Below the pieces are notes generated by a model. That model did not search any database. It was not told the origin of the DNA and saw only the letters and a program-made list of their open reading frames with translations. Below, in pieces: positions 9,409 through 18,695 of a stretch of DNA of 29,332 nt. Source of the stretch: a virus; the IMG/VR virus record IMGVR_UViG_3300049445_000358, one strand, 5' to 3'. Both the position numbers and the translations under genes were made by a program. Positions within the stretch are counted from its first letter, which is position 1. Each line of letters starts with the position of its first letter.

Positions 9409-10065
9409 TTAGAACCGATATATGCCCCAGAATGTGTTCCGGCTGACCTCCTCTCCGACGACAAAGGGGTCCATCATACCCTCCCGGACAACCTGGTAAG
9501 AGATCTCGTGGAGGAGGTTGCGGATGTCGATACCGTCATCCTCCCACATCATCATTGGCTCGGCTTCTACCGGGACGACTCTTCGTCGTTCGTTCACGAC
9601 GAATAGGCAGCCGTCACGCTTCTGCAAAGCCAAAGCTATCTGCTTTATGTCATCTTCGGGATTCAGGCAGTGCTGGAGAACCCACACAGCCAATGCGATA
9701 TCGAAGGCTCCTCCGTCCAAGTTGACTAGGTTGAGGTACTCAGGAGAGCACGTAGCAAACCTGTTATCCTTGACATAGTCGACCGCCAGAGCCCGCATCG
9801 TATAGCTGATGTCTACGCCAAGAACATAGGCGTCATAGGCCTCGATCATGGCCTTAGACATCCTACCAATGCCACAGCCGTAATCGAGTACGCGGGTATC
9901 CAGTCCTTGAGGAGAGCACTGTTGAAATATCAGCCTGCTGAGGTACGGAGTCTCCCTCTCCCAGCGCTCGTCTGTTGTCTGACCTGACTGGGGAGTCAGG
10001 ATGACAGCTTTCGCCTGCTGCTGGTTTCGGACGTTGTAGACCCCCGGGAAGTAAGTACGGATCAT
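9409..10065 (-). CDS. Class I SAM-dependent methyltransferase (not DNA-MTase type)
   Basis: Motif I 'VLDYGCGIGR', post-I 'VLGVDIS', and 'FDIALAVWVLQH'. No DPPY/NPPY/PC catalytic motif. Its start overlaps the GT stop (ATGA). Confidence 0.85.
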   Translation of the reverse strand: MIRTYFPGVYNVRNQQQAKAVILTPQSGQTTDERWERETPYLSRLIFQQCSPQGLDTRVLDYGCGIGRMSKAMIEAYDAYVLGVDISYTMRALAVDYVKDNRFATCSPEYLNLVNLDGGAFDIALAVWVLQHCLNPEDDIKQIALALQKRDGCLFVVNERRRVVPVEAEPMMMWEDDGIDIRNLLHEISYQVVREGMMDPFVVGEEVSRNTFWGIYRF

Positions 10066-11417
10066 GGCTGCACCTTCTTCCCGAGTTCCCGCATCAGGCG
10101 GGTACGTACATTATCGACGACTGGACCCCAGTCATTCCACCTCTTTTGCCGGACTAAGGTGACCGAGGGATACCACGGAGTCTTCTCGCCTGATGCACCC
10201 CAGGGCCAGTAGGGCTCCTTACAGAGCATCACGTACGTGGGTACACCGAGAGTTCCTGCCAGATGAGCGATGGAGGTGCAGGAGGTCACAACTACGTCCA
10301 TCTTCATGATGGCAAGTGCCGTATGCGTCCACACATCCAGCTGGGGAGACAGGTCGTGGATGAATCGATCCATCCCGATCTCGGCTATCTCCGCCGATTG
10401 TGGCCCAACTTGCAGACTATAGAGCCAGAAGAACGGGCTGTCCGCCAGCGAGCATAATGTCTTGAGAGGAACCGAGCGATCCTTGTTGCGCGGGAAGTCA
10501 GGTCGACCGGACCAGCAGAGACCGATCTTGAGAGCTGGCTTGACCTGAGGTTCGGGAATGTCAACCTTGATCGTATGATCAACCACGTCGGCTAGGACCC
10601 TGTTCCTAATTGTCTTTGACGGTCTGGGCACCTCGTTCAGGCTGAGGTTGAGAACTGCAGGTATCGTCCCGAGATGGACATGGTAGTCGGTTTTGACAAT
10701 AGGGGCTCCGGCATGCAGGAGCTGAATCCCTCTATCCTGGAAGTCCCATAGGAGAGGAACCAGTTGGGGCACTGTTGAGAAATAGACAGACTCAGCGTTA
10801 TCAAAGCATCCATGCTCGAGGAATCGGGAATACATGATCGTATCGCCAATACCTTGGTCGTGCAGGATCCTGATCGACCTGCCAGCCAAGGACTGCCCCA
10901 CCCAGGGCTTACTCGGCAAGTCCCGCTCGATTTCGAAGAAGTCCTTCTCGATCCGCAAGTGGTAGTTCTTCCACCCCTTCTCGTAGTTTCCTACCAAAAG
11001 GTTCAGCAGGCTCAGATTCCATTTGGCGTCGCGTCTGTCCGGATCGATTTTCAGAGCCTCGGAGAAGGCCTTATCAGCCTCCCGGTATTTCCCCAGAGAC
11101 ATCTGGACGTTGCCCATCGACAACAGGCCTGACACCCTACTCATGGGTTCAGGATGATGGTTGTAGTCCAGAGAGCGTTGAGCGCAGAGCAGAGCCTCAT
11201 CGTAGGCTCCCATACCCCACATCACGGACGATAGGTTTGCCCACAGCTGGAAGTTCTCCGGGCTCGAGGATAGTGCTCGACACAAAGCTGCTTTGGCTCC
11301 GAAGAACTTCTTCTCTTCGACCAGCTGAGATGCTAGTTTATTCGAGTTGGTTAGGGCCTGTTTGATCTTCTCGTCGGCATCGTCGGACAATTCGATGGTT
11401 TGCTGGTTGTTGCTCAC
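10062..11417 (-). CDS. TPR-repeat + GT-B (GT9-like) glycosyltransferase
   Basis: N-terminal TPR-like repeats ('ALSSSPENFQLWANLS', 'ALKIDPDRRDAKWNLSLLNLLVGNYEKGW'), followed by 'HDQGIGDTIMYSRF', 'KIGLCWSG', 'DVVVTSCTSIAHLAGTLGVP' and 'TPWYPSVTLVRQ...W'. Confidence 0.85.
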   Translation of the reverse strand: MSNNQQTIELSDDADEKIKQALTNSNKLASQLVEEKKFFGAKAALCRALSSSPENFQLWANLSSVMWGMGAYDEALLCAQRSLDYNHHPEPMSRVSGLLSMGNVQMSLGKYREADKAFSEALKIDPDRRDAKWNLSLLNLLVGNYEKGWKNYHLRIEKDFFEIERDLPSKPWVGQSLAGRSIRILHDQGIGDTIMYSRFLEHGCFDNAESVYFSTVPQLVPLLWDFQDRGIQLLHAGAPIVKTDYHVHLGTIPAVLNLSLNEVPRPSKTIRNRVLADVVDHTIKVDIPEPQVKPALKIGLCWSGRPDFPRNKDRSVPLKTLCSLADSPFFWLYSLQVGPQSAEIAEIGMDRFIHDLSPQLDVWTHTALAIMKMDVVVTSCTSIAHLAGTLGVPTYVMLCKEPYWPWGASGEKTPWYPSVTLVRQKRWNDWGPVVDNVRTRLMRELGKKVQP

Positions 11418-11647
11418 AGATAGATCCTTTCTTTACTCAGGTCGACACGGAGACCAGGGCCTTCCATGTCATCTTTTGCCCGATCAAACAACTCTTCGAG
11501 TCGATCGAGCTCCTCACCATCAGGACTCGTCTCGCTCAAAAGACTACGCCGGATGATTTTCCACGCCTCAGCGGCGAACTCGCTCCCCTTGAGCGACATT
11601 TCAACCACGTCGACAACTAGTCTGGGATTTTCAGTGATAATACTCAT
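11414..11647 (-). CDS. Hypothetical protein
   Basis: 77 aa, overlaps both neighbours by 4 nt (translational coupling). Confidence 0.65.
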   Translation of the reverse strand: MSIITENPRLVVDVVEMSLKGSEFAAEAWKIIRRSLLSETSPDGEELDRLEELFDRAKDDMEGPGLRVDLSKERIYL

Positions 11648-12279
11648 TGAGTCGCCAACTTTGCAGCTATCTCACGTGCAGTGCCCACTGCGGCTTGTTC
11701 AGCAATCTCTTCTGGTGGCTGCGCCCACGCTAAATAGATCACCCCAACAAACGCAGTGTGGTGTGGTGGAATCGGAACAGCACATCCACGCCTCATGTTG
11801 CGCTCAAATAGGCGTCTGCTTAGAGGCCCCTTCTCTTCCGACAAATCAACACAGACCGGGCTACCTTCGAGTACTTGTACAAGTTTTCGCATATCTGAAG
11901 TGGTCACGATAACAGGTAGACGGCGAGGATTTGGAATGACAGGACGTTCTCCATCGCGTCGCCTAGCTGCAATGAACTTTTGAGAATTGCTGCCTAGGTC
12001 AATCGACCAAATCTGCACTAAATCGGCTCCAGTCTGCTCAACTAAATGGCTAAGTGCTTGCGGTATCTCGTGAGTCTTGAGCACAACCTGGTCAGGAGTC
12101 AACCACGACTCGATAATCGCTTCACGATTCTCGTAGAGTACCCATCCAGTCCCTCCTATAATGAACAGCAGGATTACTACTGCCGCTTTCCAGGGAGAGT
12201 CAATATACCCCAGGATCTGGCTGATTATGCCAGCAATACCTCCAGGGGAGGGCTGTAGCGGAGCAGGAGGTTCGGTCAT
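11644..12279 (-). CDS. Single-TM protein with C-terminal GAF-like domain (T4 T-holin-like architecture)
   Basis: 211 aa with a TM segment 'AAVVILLFIIGGTGWVLY'. The C-terminal 'GCAVPIPP...FVGVIYLAW...AAVGTAREIAAKL' is GAF-like. Two Cys. Overlaps the TerL stop by 4 nt. Confidence 0.55.
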   Translation of the reverse strand: MTEPPAPLQPSPGGIAGIISQILGYIDSPWKAAVVILLFIIGGTGWVLYENREAIIESWLTPDQVVLKTHEIPQALSHLVEQTGADLVQIWSIDLGSNSQKFIAARRRDGERPVIPNPRRLPVIVTTSDMRKLVQVLEGSPVCVDLSEEKGPLSRRLFERNMRRGCAVPIPPHHTAFVGVIYLAWAQPPEEIAEQAAVGTAREIAAKLATQ

Positions 12280-14213
12280 CGCTGGCCTGGGCGTTGTTCG
12301 GCTATTTCGGCCTCCATCTTGCGTACGCGAGACACTTCCTCCTGCATGTACGCAATGAAACCCGCTCCAACGACATGAGGACGTGCATGAGCAATGACAA
12401 CCGCATCGCCCTTATCAGGTGATCGTCCCAGTCGGGCTTTGACATGCTCCTTGGGCTCCACCAAAATCCCTCGGGGGGTTAGGGACCACAGAGGCGCAGT
12501 TAGATCAGCCAAGAGTCCCGGATCGGGTGGCAGAGCTAAGTCCTCTCCCAGGTCTGGATCAAGGGCTTCTCTGAATTTCCACCACCATTCCGCTCGAGAA
12601 TTCGCGAAACCTAGCTTGCCAGAGCGATCTTTTGCGATGGACTTCTCTGACATGATCATCGGAATGATGTCCATCTGCATCATTTTGCCGATATCGACAG
12701 GAGCTGTGCCGACACCAGTTACGTCAATCTGAATGCGTCGCTTCGCAAACCCGTGATCGATCAGGAGCTGGATGATCTGGTTACCATCCTTGGTTTGTCT
12801 TCCAGGAACCGCTAAGAGATTGGCAAACCAGTTCTCTAATCTGTCGACGATGATGGTCTCATCCTTGCCACCACGTGACACGTCTACGCCAACAGCGCTC
12901 TCGCGTTCAGCAGTTGCTAGCCTGATCTGCAGTTCTTGATTGGTTTTTGGCGCAGGAGGTAGCTTCTTCGCGATGTTATGCTGTGTGATCGCGTAGGTGT
13001 CTGTCCCAGAGAATCCTAGGAGTGATTCTGGTATCGGGATGTCTTCTCCACCCTTGCGGCGGGGCAGATCCTCAGACGCGGGCCGACTGAATAGTGGCGG
13101 CGGGAGCCGTTGGTTGGACGCAGACGCCAGGTCTTCCGCTATTTCTGAGGCCTCCTCAGGTTTTTCCTCCTTGTCTATCTCCTCGTGGATCTTCTCCAGA
13201 CGTGCTTTCTCTTGCTTCTCCAGGAATGCCTCAAAGGTGGAGGCCCATCTGGCTTGCGCCGCCAACACCCAGTCCGTCGGGATAACTTGCCATTCGTGAT
13301 CTTCTTGACCGACACCGAAATCTCCTCTCAACATCCGTGAACGCAGGGGTTCTGGCAACCCCTGTAAGGTGCGCCGATACCCAGTCTCCATGAGTCTGGG
13401 GTTGTCTTCGACCCTTGCTCGGATGAAAGTGCGGGATTTTGGGTAAACTAAGTCGGTTTCTCCTCCCTCGTACGTGATTTCTACAGGATCGGGTCCGTCT
13501 ACCTCCATGTCTTCGCCATCAGGTCCGACGATGTACCAGCGTAACTCGCCCTGTTTTGCTGGGTTTGGATGCCTTGGGTCGAGCCATGGACCCCAGTACT
13601 TGATGACCCACTGTCCTTGAGCATCAACAGGAGGATTCCCAGTCGCTATGATCCTCACCCGCTGTCTTTGGCGAGTCGTGCGATTCCAGGTGCCTAAGAA
13701 CCGGTACTGTTTCTCGGAGAACTGTGTAATTTCGTCAAAACCCTTGAGATCGTGAGGTCGACCTTGGAACTTCTGTTCGTCGCCCTCGTATTGGCAGGCA
13801 CCGAACTCGATACGAGCACCTTTGAACTCCCCCTCTAAGATGCGCCAGAGTTCAAGCTGGCCATTGAACTTGCCGATTTCAGCAAACAGCTCTTCAGAAC
13901 GCTCCCGAATGCCTTTGAGCTCGGCATACTCACGACGGAAGATGATCGTACGCCAGTGTCTCGTTAACCCAGCTCCAAGTAGGAGGTCGGTCTTGCCCCC
14001 TCCAGCAGCTCCACCATAGAAGAGCTCATCCGCTATGCAGTCCAGCGCAATCGATTGGGGTCCTTCAAACGGCACCCAGATCGGTGTGTGGATACTTGAG
14101 AGCAGTCGGTCGATCTCCTCCCTCTCCTGATAGGTCAGGTAAGGCAGAAGGTCATTATACTCCTCCACGCGAGCCGCGATGGCAGTAACCGACGCTCTTC
14201 GGAGATCCGACAT
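12276..14213 (-). CDS. terL: Terminase large subunit
   Basis: Walker A 'YGGAAGGGKT', Walker B 'GFDEITQF', 'ATGNP', 'FIRARVEDNPRL', nuclease 'GVDVSRGGKDET' and 'RLGRSPDKGDA'. The start is placed at ATG 14213 just after the upstream stop, not at 14330. Confidence 0.95.
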   Translation of the reverse strand: MSDLRRASVTAIAARVEEYNDLLPYLTYQEREEIDRLLSSIHTPIWVPFEGPQSIALDCIADELFYGGAAGGGKTDLLLGAGLTRHWRTIIFRREYAELKGIRERSEELFAEIGKFNGQLELWRILEGEFKGARIEFGACQYEGDEQKFQGRPHDLKGFDEITQFSEKQYRFLGTWNRTTRQRQRVRIIATGNPPVDAQGQWVIKYWGPWLDPRHPNPAKQGELRWYIVGPDGEDMEVDGPDPVEITYEGGETDLVYPKSRTFIRARVEDNPRLMETGYRRTLQGLPEPLRSRMLRGDFGVGQEDHEWQVIPTDWVLAAQARWASTFEAFLEKQEKARLEKIHEEIDKEEKPEEASEIAEDLASASNQRLPPPLFSRPASEDLPRRKGGEDIPIPESLLGFSGTDTYAITQHNIAKKLPPAPKTNQELQIRLATAERESAVGVDVSRGGKDETIIVDRLENWFANLLAVPGRQTKDGNQIIQLLIDHGFAKRRIQIDVTGVGTAPVDIGKMMQMDIIPMIMSEKSIAKDRSGKLGFANSRAEWWWKFREALDPDLGEDLALPPDPGLLADLTAPLWSLTPRGILVEPKEHVKARLGRSPDKGDAVVIAHARPHVVGAGFIAYMQEEVSRVRKMEAEIAEQRPGQR

Positions 14214-14215
14214 GG

Positions 14216-14542
14216 CTAAGGCCGGGGAACGCAGACGATGTAGGCGAACAGGTCGTCCTTGATGCCTGCTGTCGTCGTTATGAATGCCGTCAGCTTGTAC
14301 CGGCAGTTCTCTACCAAGCTGTCCAGCCATGCAGAGGCTAGAGCACCCGACGAGCCCTCATTAGAGATATGGCTAGAAGGGCTTGGATCATCTGCTGTAT
14401 ACACGTCGGTAGGAGCTACAACCAGCTCCCAAGTTACCGACGCAATTGTGTCGTCTGATGGCATCCTGAGCGAGAAATCATACGTGTAGGGACGTTTGAT
14501 TGTGGGGTCTACAGGATCCCAGTCTTTGCCGACATAAGCCAT
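14216..14542 (-). CDS. Putative fibre adaptor protein
   Basis: 108 aa, 'DPTIKRPYTYDFS...DDTIASVTW...AWLDSLVENCRYKLTAFITTTAGIKD'. It resembles the small beta-sandwich KDP...DY.FDW fibre-adaptor family that follows fibre genes. Confidence 0.6.
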   Translation of the reverse strand: MAYVGKDWDPVDPTIKRPYTYDFSLRMPSDDTIASVTWELVVAPTDVYTADDPSPSSHISNEGSSGALASAWLDSLVENCRYKLTAFITTTAGIKDDLFAYIVCVPRP

Positions 14543-14545
14543 GTC

Positions 14546-17500
14546 TTACTCCCGTTTGCCTCCTTTGAGGGTGAAGAACCCTGGCGACCCTCGGAGGCCG
14601 AAGTTCACTGCTGATCGATACTCACGCCCTGTCGCCGGACCCTCTACGGCATCGTCAGCTGGTGAAGCCGTTGGTTGGACTCCAGGAGTCCCTACCAACA
14701 TCGTCTGTGTTGCAAACCCGGTCTCAGTTGTTTCTTCAGGTGTGCCAACTGAGCTGCCGTCGAAAGGAGGTCCAACAAGTATGTCGTAGGCGGGACCGAA
14801 AATCTGTATCGTGTAGAAGTCGGTGAGGGAGATAGTCTCTTCGACTGAAACGGAGTATGTTGCGCCCCCGGTAACCGTATCTTGGAGGTCAATCGTTTCA
14901 GTAACTGTATCGTTATAAGTGATTCCGCCAGTCGGGGTATCCTGAAGGTCTATACTCTCTGATACGGACTCCTGAACGTCAACTTGGGAGTCTTGTACAT
15001 CGAGCAGGCTGATAGTCTCCTGGATATCAACTGCATAGTCAGTGGTAGCGTCTGTACTGTCCGCCAGACTAGATGACTCGTCTACAGAATCGACCAGATC
15101 TACCAGGGCATCAGTACTGTCTTCTAGGTCGAACGACTCGTCGACAGAGTCAACGATGTCTACAAGGGCATCCGAGGTATCCTCTAAAGACATAGACTCG
15201 TCGACTTCTACAACCAAGACCTGTCCGTCGGTTGAGCTGAAGTCCTCTAACTCTAAGGCTTCATCAGTGGACACATCATAGGAGGCCGTTGTACTCGATG
15301 AGTCTAAGAAACTCATGGACTCCGAGACATCACTGACTAAAACTGCAATCGTCGAAGGAGCATCGACGAGGCTTATTGCCTCTGAGACGCTGTCGCTTAG
15401 GACTACAGTAGTATCTGGGGAGTCCAGGAAACTCATTGCCTCCGAGACACTGTCGACTAATACTACAGTCGAATCAGTAGAGTCTGCAAGAGAAATAGCC
15501 TCCGAAACGCTATCTGCCGTGGAGAGGCTTGCGTCAGTTGCGTCTGTTAGGCCGATCGCCTCCGAAGTTGCTGCTGGATAGGCTGCAGTACCGTCATTGG
15601 TATCCGCCAAACCGAGCGACTCGGAGACACTGTCATTCAAGATTGCTGTCGAGTCTTGAGCCTCTAACAGAGACAGCGACTCATCGACGCTATCGACTAG
15701 AATAACGTTTGCATCCTCCGTGTCTGCTAAAGCTAATGCCTCTGGAACTGTTACGTTGTAGACTGCAATTGAGTCATTAGTATCCACTAACGACATGGAC
15801 TCAGAAACGCTATCAACTAAGATAACTGTTGAACTAGTTGTGTCAACTAGAGATACTGACTCAGCGACACTATCAGCTACAACAAATGAAGCATCTGTAG
15901 CATCGGATAAAGACAGGGCCTCTACCACACTGTCTACTACCGCGACCAGAGCGTCAGTTGTATCGGACAAAGATACCGACTCTGACACACTATCGACGAG
16001 GATGGCAGTCGTGTCTTCAGTATCTGCCAACACTAATGCTTCCGAGACTAACACATTATTGACTGCAATGGAATCTATAGTATCTGCCAGAGATACCGAC
16101 TCGGAGACACTATCTGCAACAGTAACGGAAGAGTCAGAAGCATCTGCCAGCAACATCGTCTCTGAGACACTATCAGACAGGCTTACTTGTGCGTCTGTAA
16201 TATCAGCAAAAGAGATTGTCTCTGAGACACTGTCTACAATAGATGCACTAGTACTTGAACTGTCTACTAAGGCGATAGCCTCCGAAGTAGTTGCAGGATA
16301 AGTTGCCGGACCGTCGCTGGTATCAACTAGACCGACACTCTCGCTAACACTATCGACTATGGTAATAGAAGCGTCGGAAGTATCGGCTAGAGTTAACGAT
16401 TCGTTAACTGAGTCGACTAGACTCACTTGTGTGCTGGAAACATCCGCTAGAGAAACGGCTTCTGAGACACTGTCTACTACGGTGACTAGAGCATCTTCAG
16501 CGTCAACTAACGAAATTGCCTCTGAAGTAGTTGCAGGGTAGGTCGCTGGTCCATCAGTGATATCTGATAGTACCAACGCTTCAGAGACGCTATCTACTAC
16601 TGTTACAAGAGCATCGGAGGCATCTAACAGTGCAATATTCTCCGAGACACTGTCTACTACCGTTACAAGAGCATCGGTAGCGTCAGCAAATGACATTGTC
16701 TCTGAGACGCTATCGGATATCAGTGATCCTGTAGTACTGGTGTCTACTAGATTAATCGCCTCATCCGTTTCAACGTTATAAGTAGTTGTTGTATCTTCAG
16801 TATCTGCTAGGCTGATACTCTCCGAGACGCTATCTACAACGGTGACTAGAGCATCCTCCGTATCTGCCAGAGACATCGTTTCTAAGACGCTATCGACGAC
16901 CGCCACAAGAGCATCGGAGGTATCTGCCAGTACCATAGCTTCTGTAACGCTGTCTGCCACAGTGACTAGAGCATCGGTAGTGTCTAAGAGGCTGGCCGAC
17001 TCTGCTAGAGTGGCAGGGTAGGTTGCTGGTCCGCTTGTTGTGTCTGCTAAACTGATAGTCTCTGATATACTGTCAACTATGACTACTAAAGCATCTGTAG
17101 TATCAACTGACGAAATAGCCTCATTAACACTATCCGCGACGTCTACGTTAGCATCGGTAGTGTCTTGTAAAGAAAGCGCTTCTGAGGCACTGACATTATT
17201 GATGGCGATGCTATCATTGGAGTCTACCAATGACATCGATTCTGAGACGCTATCAACAACAGTCACAAGAGCGTCAGTGGTGTCCGCAGTAGCCAAAGTC
17301 TCTGAGACACTGTCAACTACGGTCACGAGAGCATCAGTAGAGTCTAGCAGACTTATCGCTTCTGCCGAGACAGCAGGATAGATTGCAGGGCCGTCAGTAG
17401 TGTCTACAAGGGAGATGCTCTCCAAGACGCTGGCGAGGAAATCAATATCGGCATCAGAAGTATCCGACAGAGAAATAGTCTCTGAGACGCTAACTAAGAA

Positions 17501-18691
17501 GTCAATGTCTGAGTCCGAGGTATCCGACAGAGAGATAGCCTCATTGACGCTATCAGCAACATCAACATCAGCGTCTGAGCTGTCGAGGAGGCTTACTGCC
17601 TCAGCTACAGTTCCTGGGTAGGCCGCCGTCCCTGTATTGGTGTCTACTAAACTAATCGTTTCAGCAACACTATCTGCTACATCAACATCTGCGTCGGACG
17701 TGTCGGCGGCAGAAATAGCCTCACTGACGCTAGCTAGGAAGTCTATATCTGCGTCTGAACTATCCAGTAAGGAGAGGGCTTCTGAAACACTGACGTTATT
17801 TACGGCGATACTATCGACGGTATCGACTAAGGAGAGATTCTCAGCTTGACTTACCAAAAAGTCGATGTCTGCGTCTGAACTGTCTGCCAGAGAAATGCTC
17901 TCAGATACGCTATCTGCAACGTCGACGTCTGCGTCTGACGTATCTGCCAGAGCGACAGCTTCTGCAACAACAGCAGGATAAGTAGCTGTGCCTGTATTGG
18001 TGTCCACCAAACTAATAGACTCTGAAACGCTGTCAGCTACGTCTACATCGGCATCAGAGTTGTCTGCCAATGTAATAGTTTCACTAACGCTAACTACAAA
18101 ATCAATGTCGGCATCGGAGGTATCCGCTAAGGAGATCGCCTCTGCAACGCTGACATTATTGACGGCTATCGTGTTGATAGTGTCGACTAATACCAAACTT
18201 TCAGATGCTGTCACTACAAAGTCGATGTCAGCGTCTGAACTATCTAACAGAGAAATACTTTCACCGACACTGTCGGCAACACCTACATTGGCATCAGAGC
18301 TGTCGACCAGAGAAACGCTCTCCGAGATACTGTTTACAAAGTCGATGTCCGCGTCGGAAGTATCAGCCAGAGAGATGGCCTCTGTAATACTGCCTAGAAA
18401 GTCAATGTCAGCGTCAGAGGTATCAACGAGGGAGATTATTTCTGCAACGCTAACGTTATTGATAGCAATTGTGTCAACAGTGTCCACCAAAGAGGTAGCC
18501 TCAGATGTGCTGTCTACTATAGAAACCTGCGATGAGACAGTGTCTGCCAAGGATACAGCCTCACTAACTGTACTCGGAAGGACCACCAAGCTGCTAGGAG
18601 TATCAGCCAGGCTAACAGCCTCAGCAACAGAGACAGACCAGATTATGCGGTCTGGCTCTCCTAGTGCTAAGGTTCCAAGACTATCAAACAT
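14546..18691 (-). CDS. Giant acidic Ser/Thr/Asp-rich tandem-repeat protein (putative long virion fibre)
   Basis: 1381 aa with about 64 copies of a 20-aa unit (consensus near DSVSEAISLADTSDAxVxx). It sits in the fibre module. Confidence 0.8.
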   Translation of the reverse strand: MFDSLGTLALGEPDRIIWSVSVAEAVSLADTPSSLVVLPSTVSEAVSLADTVSSQVSIVDSTSEATSLVDTVDTIAINNVSVAEIISLVDTSDADIDFLGSITEAISLADTSDADIDFVNSISESVSLVDSSDANVGVADSVGESISLLDSSDADIDFVVTASESLVLVDTINTIAVNNVSVAEAISLADTSDADIDFVVSVSETITLADNSDADVDVADSVSESISLVDTNTGTATYPAVVAEAVALADTSDADVDVADSVSESISLADSSDADIDFLVSQAENLSLVDTVDSIAVNNVSVSEALSLLDSSDADIDFLASVSEAISAADTSDADVDVADSVAETISLVDTNTGTAAYPGTVAEAVSLLDSSDADVDVADSVNEAISLSDTSDSDIDFLVSVSETISLSDTSDADIDFLASVLESISLVDTTDGPAIYPAVSAEAISLLDSTDALVTVVDSVSETLATADTTDALVTVVDSVSESMSLVDSNDSIAINNVSASEALSLQDTTDANVDVADSVNEAISSVDTTDALVVIVDSISETISLADTTSGPATYPATLAESASLLDTTDALVTVADSVTEAMVLADTSDALVAVVDSVLETMSLADTEDALVTVVDSVSESISLADTEDTTTTYNVETDEAINLVDTSTTGSLISDSVSETMSFADATDALVTVVDSVSENIALLDASDALVTVVDSVSEALVLSDITDGPATYPATTSEAISLVDAEDALVTVVDSVSEAVSLADVSSTQVSLVDSVNESLTLADTSDASITIVDSVSESVGLVDTSDGPATYPATTSEAIALVDSSSTSASIVDSVSETISFADITDAQVSLSDSVSETMLLADASDSSVTVADSVSESVSLADTIDSIAVNNVLVSEALVLADTEDTTAILVDSVSESVSLSDTTDALVAVVDSVVEALSLSDATDASFVVADSVAESVSLVDTTSSTVILVDSVSESMSLVDTNDSIAVYNVTVPEALALADTEDANVILVDSVDESLSLLEAQDSTAILNDSVSESLGLADTNDGTAAYPAATSEAIGLTDATDASLSTADSVSEAISLADSTDSTVVLVDSVSEAMSFLDSPDTTVVLSDSVSEAISLVDAPSTIAVLVSDVSESMSFLDSSSTTASYDVSTDEALELEDFSSTDGQVLVVEVDESMSLEDTSDALVDIVDSVDESFDLEDSTDALVDLVDSVDESSSLADSTDATTDYAVDIQETISLLDVQDSQVDVQESVSESIDLQDTPTGGITYNDTVTETIDLQDTVTGGATYSVSVEETISLTDFYTIQIFGPAYDILVGPPFDGSSVGTPEETTETGFATQTMLVGTPGVQPTASPADDAVEGPATGREYRSAVNFGLRGSPGFFTLKGGKRE
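14800..18640 (-). repeat. Degenerate 60-bp coding tandem repeat (about 64 units)
   Basis: The 60-nt period is visible as vertical alignment in the 60-nt lines, e.g. 'tctgagacac tgtc' recurring in the same column. Confidence 0.9.
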
Positions 18692-18695
18692 CTCG

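Noticed and set aside
9409-10065. DNA methyltransferase
   Set aside because: It lacks the DPPY/NPPY or PC catalytic motifs and looks like a small-molecule or glycan methyltransferase.
12900-13240. Intein in TerL
   Set aside because: There are no C/S...HN-C/S/T splice motifs and no LAGLIDADG motif.
14214-14330. N-terminal extension of TerL in the ORF track
   Set aside because: It overlaps the upstream adaptor gene; ATG 14213 directly follows that gene's stop.
14800-18640. Regular 60-bp periodicity as a CRISPR array
   Set aside because: The units are degenerate, in frame and coding. There is no invariant repeat with unique spacers and no cas genes.
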